Assembly (NCBI GenBank): GCA_964493075.1
Contig: CAZBNU010000005.1
Span: forward strand, 1,184-44,794
Origin: an uncultured Nitrospirales bacterium
Lineage (GTDB): Bacteria; Hydrogenedentota; Hydrogenedentia; Hydrogenedentales; CAITNO01
Direction of reading: 5' to 3'
Length of the DNA stretch: 43,611 bases
The notes under the pieces: model-generated
What the model saw: only the letters and a program-made list of their open reading frames with translations
Database searches by the model: none
Told to the model about the DNA's origin: nothing
Made by a program: the position numbers and the translations under genes
In this document: positions 1-7,399 of the stretch, one piece after another
How positions within the stretch are numbered: position 1 is the first letter of the stretch
Layout of the letters: each line of letters opens with the position of its first letter

Positions 1-840
1 CAGGAAGCAGGCTATACCCGTACTTCTGTGCTGATTCCAGGTGAGGTGGACGACCCCATTACCGCCTATTTGCTCCGTCCTGAGACCCCTGTTAGCGAGC
101 CTGCCCCGGTGATGATTGTGCTGCACCAGACACAGGCACCCGGCAAAGACGAAGCCTGTGGTTTGACTGGCGACCCGGAGATGGCTTTTGCGGTGGAACT
201 CGTACGGCGCGGGTATATCTGCGTTGCTCCTGACGTTATTGGTTTTGGCGGGCGCACCCCGGATGGCTCGGAACCTTATCACGGCGCCCACGACTTTTAT
301 CGCAGGCATCCGCAGTGGTCGTTTTTCGGCAAGATGAACTGGGACCTGAGCCGGGTGGTGGATTACATTGAGCATCTCCCCGGGGCGGACGCAGAACGCA
401 TCGGTGTTATCGGTCATTCCCACGGCGCTTATGGCGCACTAATGGGCGCAGCCTTCGAACCGCGTATCGGCGCGGTGATAGCCAGCTGCGGCTTCACCAC
501 GCTTCGTGCGGACCCGAATCCCGATCGGTGGAGCCACCTCACTGCATTGCTGCCGCGTCTCGGCTTCTACCGCGACGAAATCAGCAAAGCACCTTTTGAC
601 TGGCACGAGGTGCTGGCATGCATTGCACCCCGCCCACTATTCAACTGGGCAACCAAGGAAGACAGCATCTTTCCAAATACGGCAAATCTGGTTGAGGTTT
701 ATGAACAAGTACACGGCGTTTATGCCCTGTACAATGCTGAGTCAAATTTCGAAGGCCGACTTGCTCCGGGCGGCCACGCCTTTCCCGAAGAAGCACGGGA
801 AGAAGCCTATACGTGGCTTGACAGGCAGTTTCAAAAATAA
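1..840 (+). CDS. alpha/beta-fold hydrolase (dienelactone-hydrolase / esterase-like), probably 5'-truncated by the window edge
   Basis: ORF track 28..840 begins at a GTG, but the same frame is open back to nt 1 (QEAGYTRTSV...), so the true start is probably upstream of the window. The nucleophile elbow G-x-S-x-G (IGVIGHSHGAYGAL), the preceding PAPVMIVLHQT strand and the C-terminal GGHAFPEE His motif fit the alpha/beta-hydrolase fold. Confidence 0.7.
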   Translation, partial: QEAGYTRTSVLIPGEVDDPITAYLLRPETPVSEPAPVMIVLHQTQAPGKDEACGLTGDPEMAFAVELVRRGYICVAPDVIGFGGRTPDGSEPYHGAHDFYRRHPQWSFFGKMNWDLSRVVDYIEHLPGADAERIGVIGHSHGAYGALMGAAFEPRIGAVIASCGFTTLRADPNPDRWSHLTALLPRLGFYRDEISKAPFDWHEVLACIAPRPLFNWATKEDSIFPNTANLVEVYEQVHGVYALYNAESNFEGRLAPGGHAFPEEAREEAYTWLDRQFQK

Positions 841-852
841 GGTTTAATCTAA

Positions 853-1104
853 AACAACTATGAATGATAAGCAAAAAAATGGGGACTGCCCTCGGCGCAT
901 ACAAGTGCCACAAATCACATGTTTAACCTGATGCGCCAGGGCTGTCCCCGCTTTTTTGCGGCTTTGACACATACGCCCGAAAAAATCGGGGACAGTTCCG
1001 TCGCCGGGCCTTTACTGCAAGAAACTGCTCTCGCATTAAACCAGGTGCCCATTATTCCCTCCGTCAATATTTGAAATCGCAACGGGAACAGTCCCCATTT
1101 TTTC
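853..1104 (+). repeat. copy A of a ~250-bp non-coding, inverted-repeat-rich (MITE-like) element; copy B at 22141..22391
   Basis: Aligns end to end with 22141..22391 in the same orientation (roughly 88% identity by eye, one 1-nt indel). Perfect 15-nt terminal inverted repeat AAAAAATGGGGACTG (874..888) / CAGTCCCCATTTTTT (1089..1103). Inner inverted pair CTGTCCCCGCTTTTTT (942..957) / AAAAAATCGGGGACAG (980..995). Lies between the convergent stops at 840 and 1152. Confidence 0.85.
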
Positions 1105-1151
1105 TCCTAACCCCACCTTGGCTTGATAGCGAACAAAATTCGCGTGGGGTA

Positions 1152-2534
1152 CTACTCTGTCTCGCGCGCCAGATGCTCGACCGCATCCAGGATGCGCGCT
1201 TCGAGTCCGGTCTTCCATACGTTGGGCATGCCGTAAATCAACTGGGCGCTCGCGCCTTCATAGCCGCCTTCTTCCAGCACCCGCTCGGAGGGCAGGTATG
1301 ACATGAGGTCGTTCGCATAGCCCATGACAAACGTGTCCTCACCCAGCCGTTCCTTAATGCGAAGGGCATACTCCACCATGACTTCGCCGCCGATGGTTAC
1401 CAGTTGTTGGTCACCCAGCCGCCACAGCTGCACTGGCACCGGCCATGCCGTTGGCAGACTCCCTTTCCGTTCCAGCCGGTCGAGCATCCATTGATTGCAT
1501 AGATGCTGATACCCCTCCGTGGTTTCGACTCGTTCCAGGTAGGTTTTCGCATCCGGGGCCGGTTCAAGGTCAAGCAGCACTTCATTGTAGGCTGTGCGAA
1601 GATGCGCTTCAAGGGGACGCATGGGTTCTTCCAACACACAGGTTACCGCTGCGGCTAATGTTTTACCTTGTTGTTGCGCCCGTGCAACAGTGCGTCCCAG
1701 CCGGGGCATGGCTTTCTGGTCGCCGCCGCACCCGGCGAAATAGAGGGCTGTAGTTCCCGGATAATCTTCTTCGAGAAATGCCTGTGCGAACCCGGTAAAA
1801 TCGCCACTGAACAGGTTTCCCGCCAAAGACGTCGGATGACAGGCATAGCCGAAAACAATCGCAGCGAGACTGCCGTCCTCCCGTGTCACACGCAGCGTCG
1901 GCACAGAGTAGTCGGAAGGGCCAACCGGAACAGTGGCTGGCGTCATGGCTGCTTCGTTGTTGTTGCGGTTGTTGACAGCAATACGGGTGATACCGTTTCC
2001 GGAGAATAGCGCGGCAGGCGCAAGGGCGTTCAGCGCTTCACCAACTAAAGTGACAATTTTGTCTTCAAGGGCAGCGGTGTACCGCATGACGGCGGCTTCC
2101 TGTTCATCATTCATGGGATACATGCAGCGCAGTGAATCGCCGACGACCGGGCCGCCGTGGGTATGCGACCCGCTCAGGATGATTTGGGCACGGCTTAAAC
2201 CGTGGTTTAATTCAATACGATCGCGAATGCGGTCGGAGACGGTTTTGGGGAAACCAAGCAGATCGCTGGTAACCAGCACAGCACGGTTGCCTTCCCCATC
2301 CTGCAAGGCGAGCGCCTTTGCAAACAGCGGAAGCAATACCCCTTCCGAGGGTTGGGTGCGCGAGGCAAATCCACCCATCCACACGGGTTCGTCCGGGGTA
2401 ATCTCAACACGCGCTATGCCTGCTTTCCAAGGCGTTTTGAGGCCTGTCTCCTCTGCCTCAATGTTTTGGAACGGCATGAGAAATAAGACACAGAACAATA
2501 ACACAAAATAAGCAGGTGTGATACGAATAAGCAT
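1152..2534 (-). CDS. secreted neutral/alkaline (non-lysosomal) ceramidase-like hydrolase
   Basis: 460-aa ORF with an N-terminal signal peptide (MLIRITPAYFVLLFCVLFLMPFQNIEA). ARVEITPDEPVWMGGFASR and ILSGSHTHGGPV match the N-terminal catalytic domain of the neutral ceramidase family. AAGGA lies 7 nt upstream of the ATG. Confidence 0.65.
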   Translation of the reverse strand: MLIRITPAYFVLLFCVLFLMPFQNIEAEETGLKTPWKAGIARVEITPDEPVWMGGFASRTQPSEGVLLPLFAKALALQDGEGNRAVLVTSDLLGFPKTVSDRIRDRIELNHGLSRAQIILSGSHTHGGPVVGDSLRCMYPMNDEQEAAVMRYTAALEDKIVTLVGEALNALAPAALFSGNGITRIAVNNRNNNEAAMTPATVPVGPSDYSVPTLRVTREDGSLAAIVFGYACHPTSLAGNLFSGDFTGFAQAFLEEDYPGTTALYFAGCGGDQKAMPRLGRTVARAQQQGKTLAAAVTCVLEEPMRPLEAHLRTAYNEVLLDLEPAPDAKTYLERVETTEGYQHLCNQWMLDRLERKGSLPTAWPVPVQLWRLGDQQLVTIGGEVMVEYALRIKERLGEDTFVMGYANDLMSYLPSERVLEEGGYEGASAQLIYGMPNVWKTGLEARILDAVEHLARETE

Positions 2535-2616
2535 GACATCATCCTTGTTAGCAGTAACAGCATCAGCATACGGTAGTTATATACAGGGTAATGCCATAGA
2601 AGACGAGAAATCAATT

Positions 2617-2642
2617 ATATCTCCCCGAAATATCTCCCCGAA
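2617..2642. repeat. perfect 13-bp tandem duplication ATATCTCCCCGAA x2 in a divergent promoter region
   Basis: 2617..2629 and 2630..2642 are identical. They are flanked by two copies of CGGTAGTTAT (2571..2580 and 2651..2660). Confidence 0.9.
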
Positions 2643-2740
2643 ACTGAATGCGGTAGTTATTGGTCACATGTTGCGACAAAGAAACGGAACAGGATAGTAT
2701 TGACAGTTAAAGCGAACTTCTCGGAAAGGACGGCTACAAA

Positions 2741-4087
2741 ATGCGCATTTCATTACCAACGGTTATCTTTTGCCTCACGTTGGCTTCTATTGGTGTCTTC
2801 GCGGAGACGGGCTCCAACTGGCCTCAGTTTCGTGGACCGGGTGCGCGGGGTATTTCCGAAGGGACTGCATTGCCCGTGCAGTGGACTGCTGAGGAAAATG
2901 TCGCATGGAAGACCGATATTCCGGGGCGAGGCTGGTCGTCGCCGATTGTCTGGGGAAACCAGATATTTCTGACCACAGTAGTCAATACAGGTGAATCTGA
3001 AGAACCGAAGAAAGGCCTGTATATGGGGGGGAACCGTCTTGAGGCGCCGGAATCGGTGCATCAGTGGCAGGTCTACTGTCTGGATGTGGAGTCCGGATCG
3101 GTGCTCTGGCAAAAGCAGGTGTATGAAGGCCCACCGCCAGCTCCCATACACGTTAAAAACAGCTATGCCTCGGAAACACCTGTCACGGACGGTGAACGGG
3201 TCTACGCCTATTTTGGTAATCTCGGCATCTGGTGTTTTGATATGGACGGCAATGAGGTCTGGACGAAGGCCATGGAACCGCGCAAGATGGCTTTCGGATG
3301 GGGTACCGCCGCATCGCCCCTACTGCATGGCGATCGGCTCTACATTGTCAACGACAATATGGAGGATTCCTGTCTGTTGGCGTTGGATAAGAAAACGGGA
3401 GAAGAACTGTTGCGTATCCCCCGGGATGAAAAAAGCAACTGGTCCACGCCCTACGTGTGGGAAAACGATCTGCGCACCGAAATTGTCACGCCCGGCAGTG
3501 GCTTGGTGCGTTCCTATGATTTGGACGGCAATCTGCTCTGGTCGTTCAAGGGAATGTCCACCATCACCATCGCCACGCCCTATGCGGCCCACGGACTGCT
3601 TTATGTAAGTTCCGGATATGTCGGCGACAAACGGCGTCCGCTGTACGCCATAAAGCCTGGCGCAAACGGCGATATCTCGCTGGAACCGGGGGAGACCTCC
3701 AACACATGGATCACCTGGTCGCATCCCCAGGCAGCCCCCTATAATCCCACATCGCTTGTGTACGGCGACTATCTCTACGTGCTTTACGACCGGGGCGATA
3801 TTGCCTGTTTTAATGCCAAGGATGGTTCCGTGGTATATGAACGCACACGGATTCCTGACGGCGGCGCCTATTCCGCATCTCCCTGGGCTTACGGCGACAA
3901 CCTGTTCTGCCTTAACGAAGATGGCGTCACCTTTGTCATAAAGGCCGGACCTGCCTTTGAAGTGGTAGGCAGCAATCCATTGGCCGAAGACGACATGGGG
4001 ATGGCCACTCCCGCGATTGTGGGCGATCGCCTGATCCTCCGCACCGCCACCCGAGTCTATTGCATAAGGAATACAGGCGCAAAATAG
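2741..4087 (+). CDS. secreted PQQ-like (BamB-type) beta-propeller repeat protein
   Basis: 448-aa ORF with a signal peptide (MRISLPTVIFCLTLASIGVFA) followed by NWPQFRGP. Repeated blade signatures (SGSVLWQ, DGNEVWT, DGNLLWS, DGSVVYE) are typical of PQQ-like propellers. Confidence 0.75.
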   Translation: MRISLPTVIFCLTLASIGVFAETGSNWPQFRGPGARGISEGTALPVQWTAEENVAWKTDIPGRGWSSPIVWGNQIFLTTVVNTGESEEPKKGLYMGGNRLEAPESVHQWQVYCLDVESGSVLWQKQVYEGPPPAPIHVKNSYASETPVTDGERVYAYFGNLGIWCFDMDGNEVWTKAMEPRKMAFGWGTAASPLLHGDRLYIVNDNMEDSCLLALDKKTGEELLRIPRDEKSNWSTPYVWENDLRTEIVTPGSGLVRSYDLDGNLLWSFKGMSTITIATPYAAHGLLYVSSGYVGDKRRPLYAIKPGANGDISLEPGETSNTWITWSHPQAAPYNPTSLVYGDYLYVLYDRGDIACFNAKDGSVVYERTRIPDGGAYSASPWAYGDNLFCLNEDGVTFVIKAGPAFEVVGSNPLAEDDMGMATPAIVGDRLILRTATRVYCIRNTGAK

Positions 4088-4095
4088 ACCAAATT

Positions 4096-4124
4096 GCGGG
4101 TTGGGTGAAGATTCGCGAACCCGC
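4096..4124. terminator. possible bidirectional stem-loop between convergent genes
   Basis: GCGGGTT (4096..4102) pairs with AACCCGC (4118..4124) around a 15-nt loop, between the stops at 4087 (+) and 4133 (-). The flanking T/A runs are weak, so terminator function is tentative. Confidence 0.3.
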
Positions 4125-4132
4125 CTTATATA

Positions 4133-4804
4133 CTATTTCGTATCGATCGGTTTGATGCGCACATTTCGGAACCAGGTTTTGCCGTGGTCGCCCTGGATCA
4201 TGATGGGGCCGGGTTCGTTGACACCGCGCCGCAGTGCGCCACCGGTTTCTTTGCTGATGGTGACGTTGTCCTGCACCAGTTTATCGTTTAGTTTGACCGT
4301 AAGTTTGTCGCCTACGTAACGTATCTCGAACTTGTGCCATTCACCAGGCGCGAGGCTCGCATTTTCCAACGGCGCGTACTGGTCGTACACCGCGCCGGCA
4401 TCGCCTTTGTCCAGGTTTTCCTTGCCGTGACTGTCGAGAATTTGCACTTCAACTCGTCCTCGCAGATACACGCCGCTGTTGCCGTGGGGGATGGTTTTGT
4501 ATTCAATCTCCAGTTCAAAATCTTTGAAGTTGGCCACTGTTGCAAGGTCTCGCCCGTTGTCTTCGTCATTGGCCATGACACCCTCTTCCACCGTCCAAAA
4601 GTGGTCCTTGCCGGGCTGGCGCGCATTCTGCCAACCGTCCAGCGTTTTTCCGTCGAACAGGGTTATCCAGCCATCCGCATCGGCTGCGGGGAGTTGTTCC
4701 AGCGGGGTCAGTTCATACGCTGGGCGCGCACAGCCGGGCATCATGATGCCTGTGACCAGGACAAGTGCCGTGATTATTGCGAGTTGGATTTTTTTGCTGT
4801 TCAT
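4133..4804 (-). CDS. DUF1080 / 3-keto-disaccharide-hydrolase-family lipoprotein (LamG-like jelly roll)
   Basis: ORF track gives 4133..4843. I prefer the ATG at 4804 (MNSKKIQLAIITALVLVTGIMMPGCA, lipobox MPGC) because GGAG lies 9 nt upstream and a sigma70-like promoter sits at 4849..4877. Family motifs: WITLFDGKTLDGWQ, NSGVYLRGRVEVQILD, GAVYDQ, GPIMIQGDHGKTWFRNVRIKPI. Confidence 0.8.
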   Translation of the reverse strand: MNSKKIQLAIITALVLVTGIMMPGCARPAYELTPLEQLPAADADGWITLFDGKTLDGWQNARQPGKDHFWTVEEGVMANDEDNGRDLATVANFKDFELEIEYKTIPHGNSGVYLRGRVEVQILDSHGKENLDKGDAGAVYDQYAPLENASLAPGEWHKFEIRYVGDKLTVKLNDKLVQDNVTISKETGGALRRGVNEPGPIMIQGDHGKTWFRNVRIKPIDTK

Positions 4805-4848
4805 TTTTTGCATCTCCAGTTGTGTTGAATTGATTGCGACCATGAGGC

Positions 4849-4877
4849 ATCATAGCCACTTGTAGTGTTTGATGCAA
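4849..4877 (-). promoter_or_regulatory. sigma70-like promoter for the DUF1080 gene
   Basis: Minus strand reads TTGCAT (4877..4872) - 17 nt - TATGAT (4854..4849), about 45 nt upstream of the ATG at 4804. Confidence 0.45.
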
Positions 4878-4937
4878 ATTTTGGCTTGGTAATATTCTGG
4901 GCTGGGAAAATGAGGTGGAAGGGGGTGGGTGGGGGCT

Positions 4938-6575
4938 TTATAACGCTTGTACCGTTTGCCTCATGGAAACCGCCGGAAGATGAATTGTATCAAGCGTTTC
5001 ATTTACTTGTGCCATCAGGAGTTTCAGTGTTGCAATATCACTTTGATCGATGGCTTGCTTCAACTGTTTCAGGAATTCCTCCTCATCCACGACGCTGCGC
5101 ACGATACGCGCCAGCAGACCGTGTTGTTCGGTAATGTTGATGAGACAGCCCATTTTTTTCGCAGCAAGGGCGAGGGCACGCTGTGCTTCTTCGACCCTTG
5201 GCCTTTTCCACCCGGCCATTTTGTAGGGTTGTCCTTGCCGCTGTTGGGGAGAACATTCTATCCAGTTTTGGAAAGCACGATGCTGAAAACGAAACCCGTA
5301 TTCCGGAGCGCGGCGGAACCAGATGGACTCCGGTGTCAGTTCGGGTGCTGTAATGGTAACAGCATCAGGCAGACACGCTTGAAGAAAAAGCTCGGTCTCC
5401 GCCCGTGTATGATAGTCGTCCCGGGGACAGGGATAGCAGAGGTGAACTACGGTGAACAGTCCAGCGGCACGGCAATGGCGCAGGCTTGCCCGGATGGCGC
5501 TGATGCTCATGTTGCAGCCGTAAAAGTCTTCAAGCAGGCGCTGACTTCCAGAGGGCACATTGAAGCCTACGGCGCGGCATCCGGAGGCGAACAATAGGTC
5601 CGCCAGGGCAGCATCAAGGGGTTCCGTAAGACCGCCCAGACTGTACAGGGCCATAAAATTTCGCGCCAGCAGGGTTTCCGCGAACTTTGCGAAGGTACTG
5701 CTGGATATATGGGATGCCTCTATGTGAAAGGCGCCTGCGCCATAGTGCTTGCCGAGTAAATTCATTTCGGCAAGGAGGTGTGCTGCGGATTTCTGGAGAG
5801 GACGTGCAGAACCCTGCGTCAGTCCGTAGCCGGAGGTGCAGGTGCATGCGAAACTGATGGGATACAAGGCACAATGTGCCGGGTGTTTTGGCGTGTGCTT
5901 TCTGGTAGAAAAATGCTCCTGTTCTGGCGGTAACAGGTTGCGCACCGGACACACGTTCTTTGGCGAACACGCAACGCCTTTCCGGTTGTGAAAAACCAGA
6001 CCGGGTATGCGTCCCCACGATTCGGGAGTGTGAATACTTTCGGACAAAGCTACCAGGGCGGATACGGGGTCACCTGTGATGCCGGTGTCTACGCTTGCCA
6101 AGTTGCCAAGGGCAGCTGCGCCGTAACGTGTTACATAAGGGCCCATAATCGTCTGGTGTATTCCCGGCGCGCGGTGTCGCAACTTCAAACTGAGTTCTTT
6201 GGACGTTTGGTATTCGTCCCGCGTTTCAATGTACCAGGACACCAGGTCAGGGGCAGGGTCTGCCAGTAATATTTTCAGGGCTGTCAGACGCCAGGGTTCA
6301 TCCTGTACACCATTCGCGCATAGCGAAGGGTTGCTGGTTGATAAATATTGTTGGGCAAAATGATGCAGGAAGCCCGCAATATCTTTGTTTCCTTGTGCGG
6401 GAACCGTTGTTTCGGTGGAACAGGACGAGACGGACGCTATAGTTGTCAGGTCGAGGTAGTCTGCCAGCAGTCCTTCGTTGTGCAACATTTCTGCAAGCAA
6501 TATGGGGGTTGTTTTTGGACATAGCGTTCCAAGGCATGCCGCATGTCCCGGAACAATAACCAATTTTGTGCGCAT
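4938..6575 (-). CDS. B12-binding-domain / radical-SAM-like protein lacking the canonical CxxxCxxC cluster motif
   Basis: 546-aa ORF. The track start at 6578 is TTG; the adjacent ATG at 6575 has GGAGGA 8 nt upstream. The layout resembles class-B radical SAM enzymes. The N-terminus is Rossmann-like (KLVIVPG...LLAEMLHNEG...YLDL). It is followed by a TIM-barrel-like half (GAFHIEASHI, GCRAVGFNVPSGSQRLLEDF, AAGLFTVVHLCYPCPRDD). Where CxxxCxxC is expected the sequence reads HCALYPISFACTCTSGYG. Confidence 0.55.
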   Translation of the reverse strand: MRTKLVIVPGHAACLGTLCPKTTPILLAEMLHNEGLLADYLDLTTIASVSSCSTETTVPAQGNKDIAGFLHHFAQQYLSTSNPSLCANGVQDEPWRLTALKILLADPAPDLVSWYIETRDEYQTSKELSLKLRHRAPGIHQTIMGPYVTRYGAAALGNLASVDTGITGDPVSALVALSESIHTPESWGRIPGLVFHNRKGVACSPKNVCPVRNLLPPEQEHFSTRKHTPKHPAHCALYPISFACTCTSGYGLTQGSARPLQKSAAHLLAEMNLLGKHYGAGAFHIEASHISSSTFAKFAETLLARNFMALYSLGGLTEPLDAALADLLFASGCRAVGFNVPSGSQRLLEDFYGCNMSISAIRASLRHCRAAGLFTVVHLCYPCPRDDYHTRAETELFLQACLPDAVTITAPELTPESIWFRRAPEYGFRFQHRAFQNWIECSPQQRQGQPYKMAGWKRPRVEEAQRALALAAKKMGCLINITEQHGLLARIVRSVVDEEEFLKQLKQAIDQSDIATLKLLMAQVNETLDTIHLPAVSMRQTVQAL

Positions 6576-6883
6576 CAAAAAAATCCTCCCCGTCGGTTTA
6601 TGTCACCGACATTGAAATCCGAAAGGCCTTAAACTTTGCTGTAGCGCATACACAACATGTGGGTTAAAGGTAAAAACCAACCACCATATATTGAATTTAT
6701 AGTAACATAGATTCATTTTGGATGCAACAAAAAAAATATTGGCTTCGAAACACGAAAAGCGGGTTCATAGACATTACCCCAAAGGATCGGTTTTATGATA
6801 TAACACTACCAGTAGATTGGGGATGATGAATAAATACAACATGGTGTGTTTTTCAGTAAAACAAGACAGTAGTGAGTGCTTTC

Positions 6884-7372
6884 ATGGAAGATGGGAAAAA
6901 GAAATCTGTTGTTATTTATACCGATGGCGGTTGCGAACCCAATCCTGGTATTGGTGGTTGGGGTGCTGTTCTGATTTATGGTAAAACAATCAAAGAGTTG
7001 TCGGGAGGTGAAAAAGATAGCACAAACAACAAAATGGAAATGACGGCTGCCGTTATGGCGTTATCTGCTCTGAGACAACCATGCAAGGTGGAACTCCATT
7101 CTGACTCTGCTTATCTCGTGAAGGGGATGACCGAGTGGATTCAAAACTGGAAACGTAAGCAGTGGCATCGTGGCGGTAAACTTGTCAAGAATGTGGAACT
7201 GTGGCAGCAGTTGGATGAACTTTCCCGCATCCATGATGTAAAATGGGTATGGGTGCGCGGACATGTGGGTAACTACTATAATGAACGTTGTGACCAATTG
7301 GCGGGCGATGCCATACAGGAGCAACGCCTGAAAAGTGAAAGTGCAGGGGAATATGATGAGCAGAAACTATGA
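6884..7372 (+). CDS. rnhA: ribonuclease HI
   Basis: VVIYTDGGCEPNPGIGGWGAVL, NNKMEMTAAVMAL, ELHSDSAYLV and VKWVWVRGHVGNYYNERCDQLA reproduce the RNase H1 catalytic Asp/Glu/Asp/His-Asp layout. The ATG at 6884 is preferred over the in-frame GTG at 6872. Confidence 0.9.
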   Translation: MEDGKKKSVVIYTDGGCEPNPGIGGWGAVLIYGKTIKELSGGEKDSTNNKMEMTAAVMALSALRQPCKVELHSDSAYLVKGMTEWIQNWKRKQWHRGGKLVKNVELWQQLDELSRIHDVKWVWVRGHVGNYYNERCDQLAGDAIQEQRLKSESAGEYDEQKL

Positions 7373-7399
7373 CAGGTTTAATTTGTGGGGTGGCGGCTT

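Noticed and set aside
2617-2642. Possible CRISPR or other array
   Set aside because: There are only two 13-bp units with no spacers. No array of three or more repeat-spacer units exists anywhere in the window.
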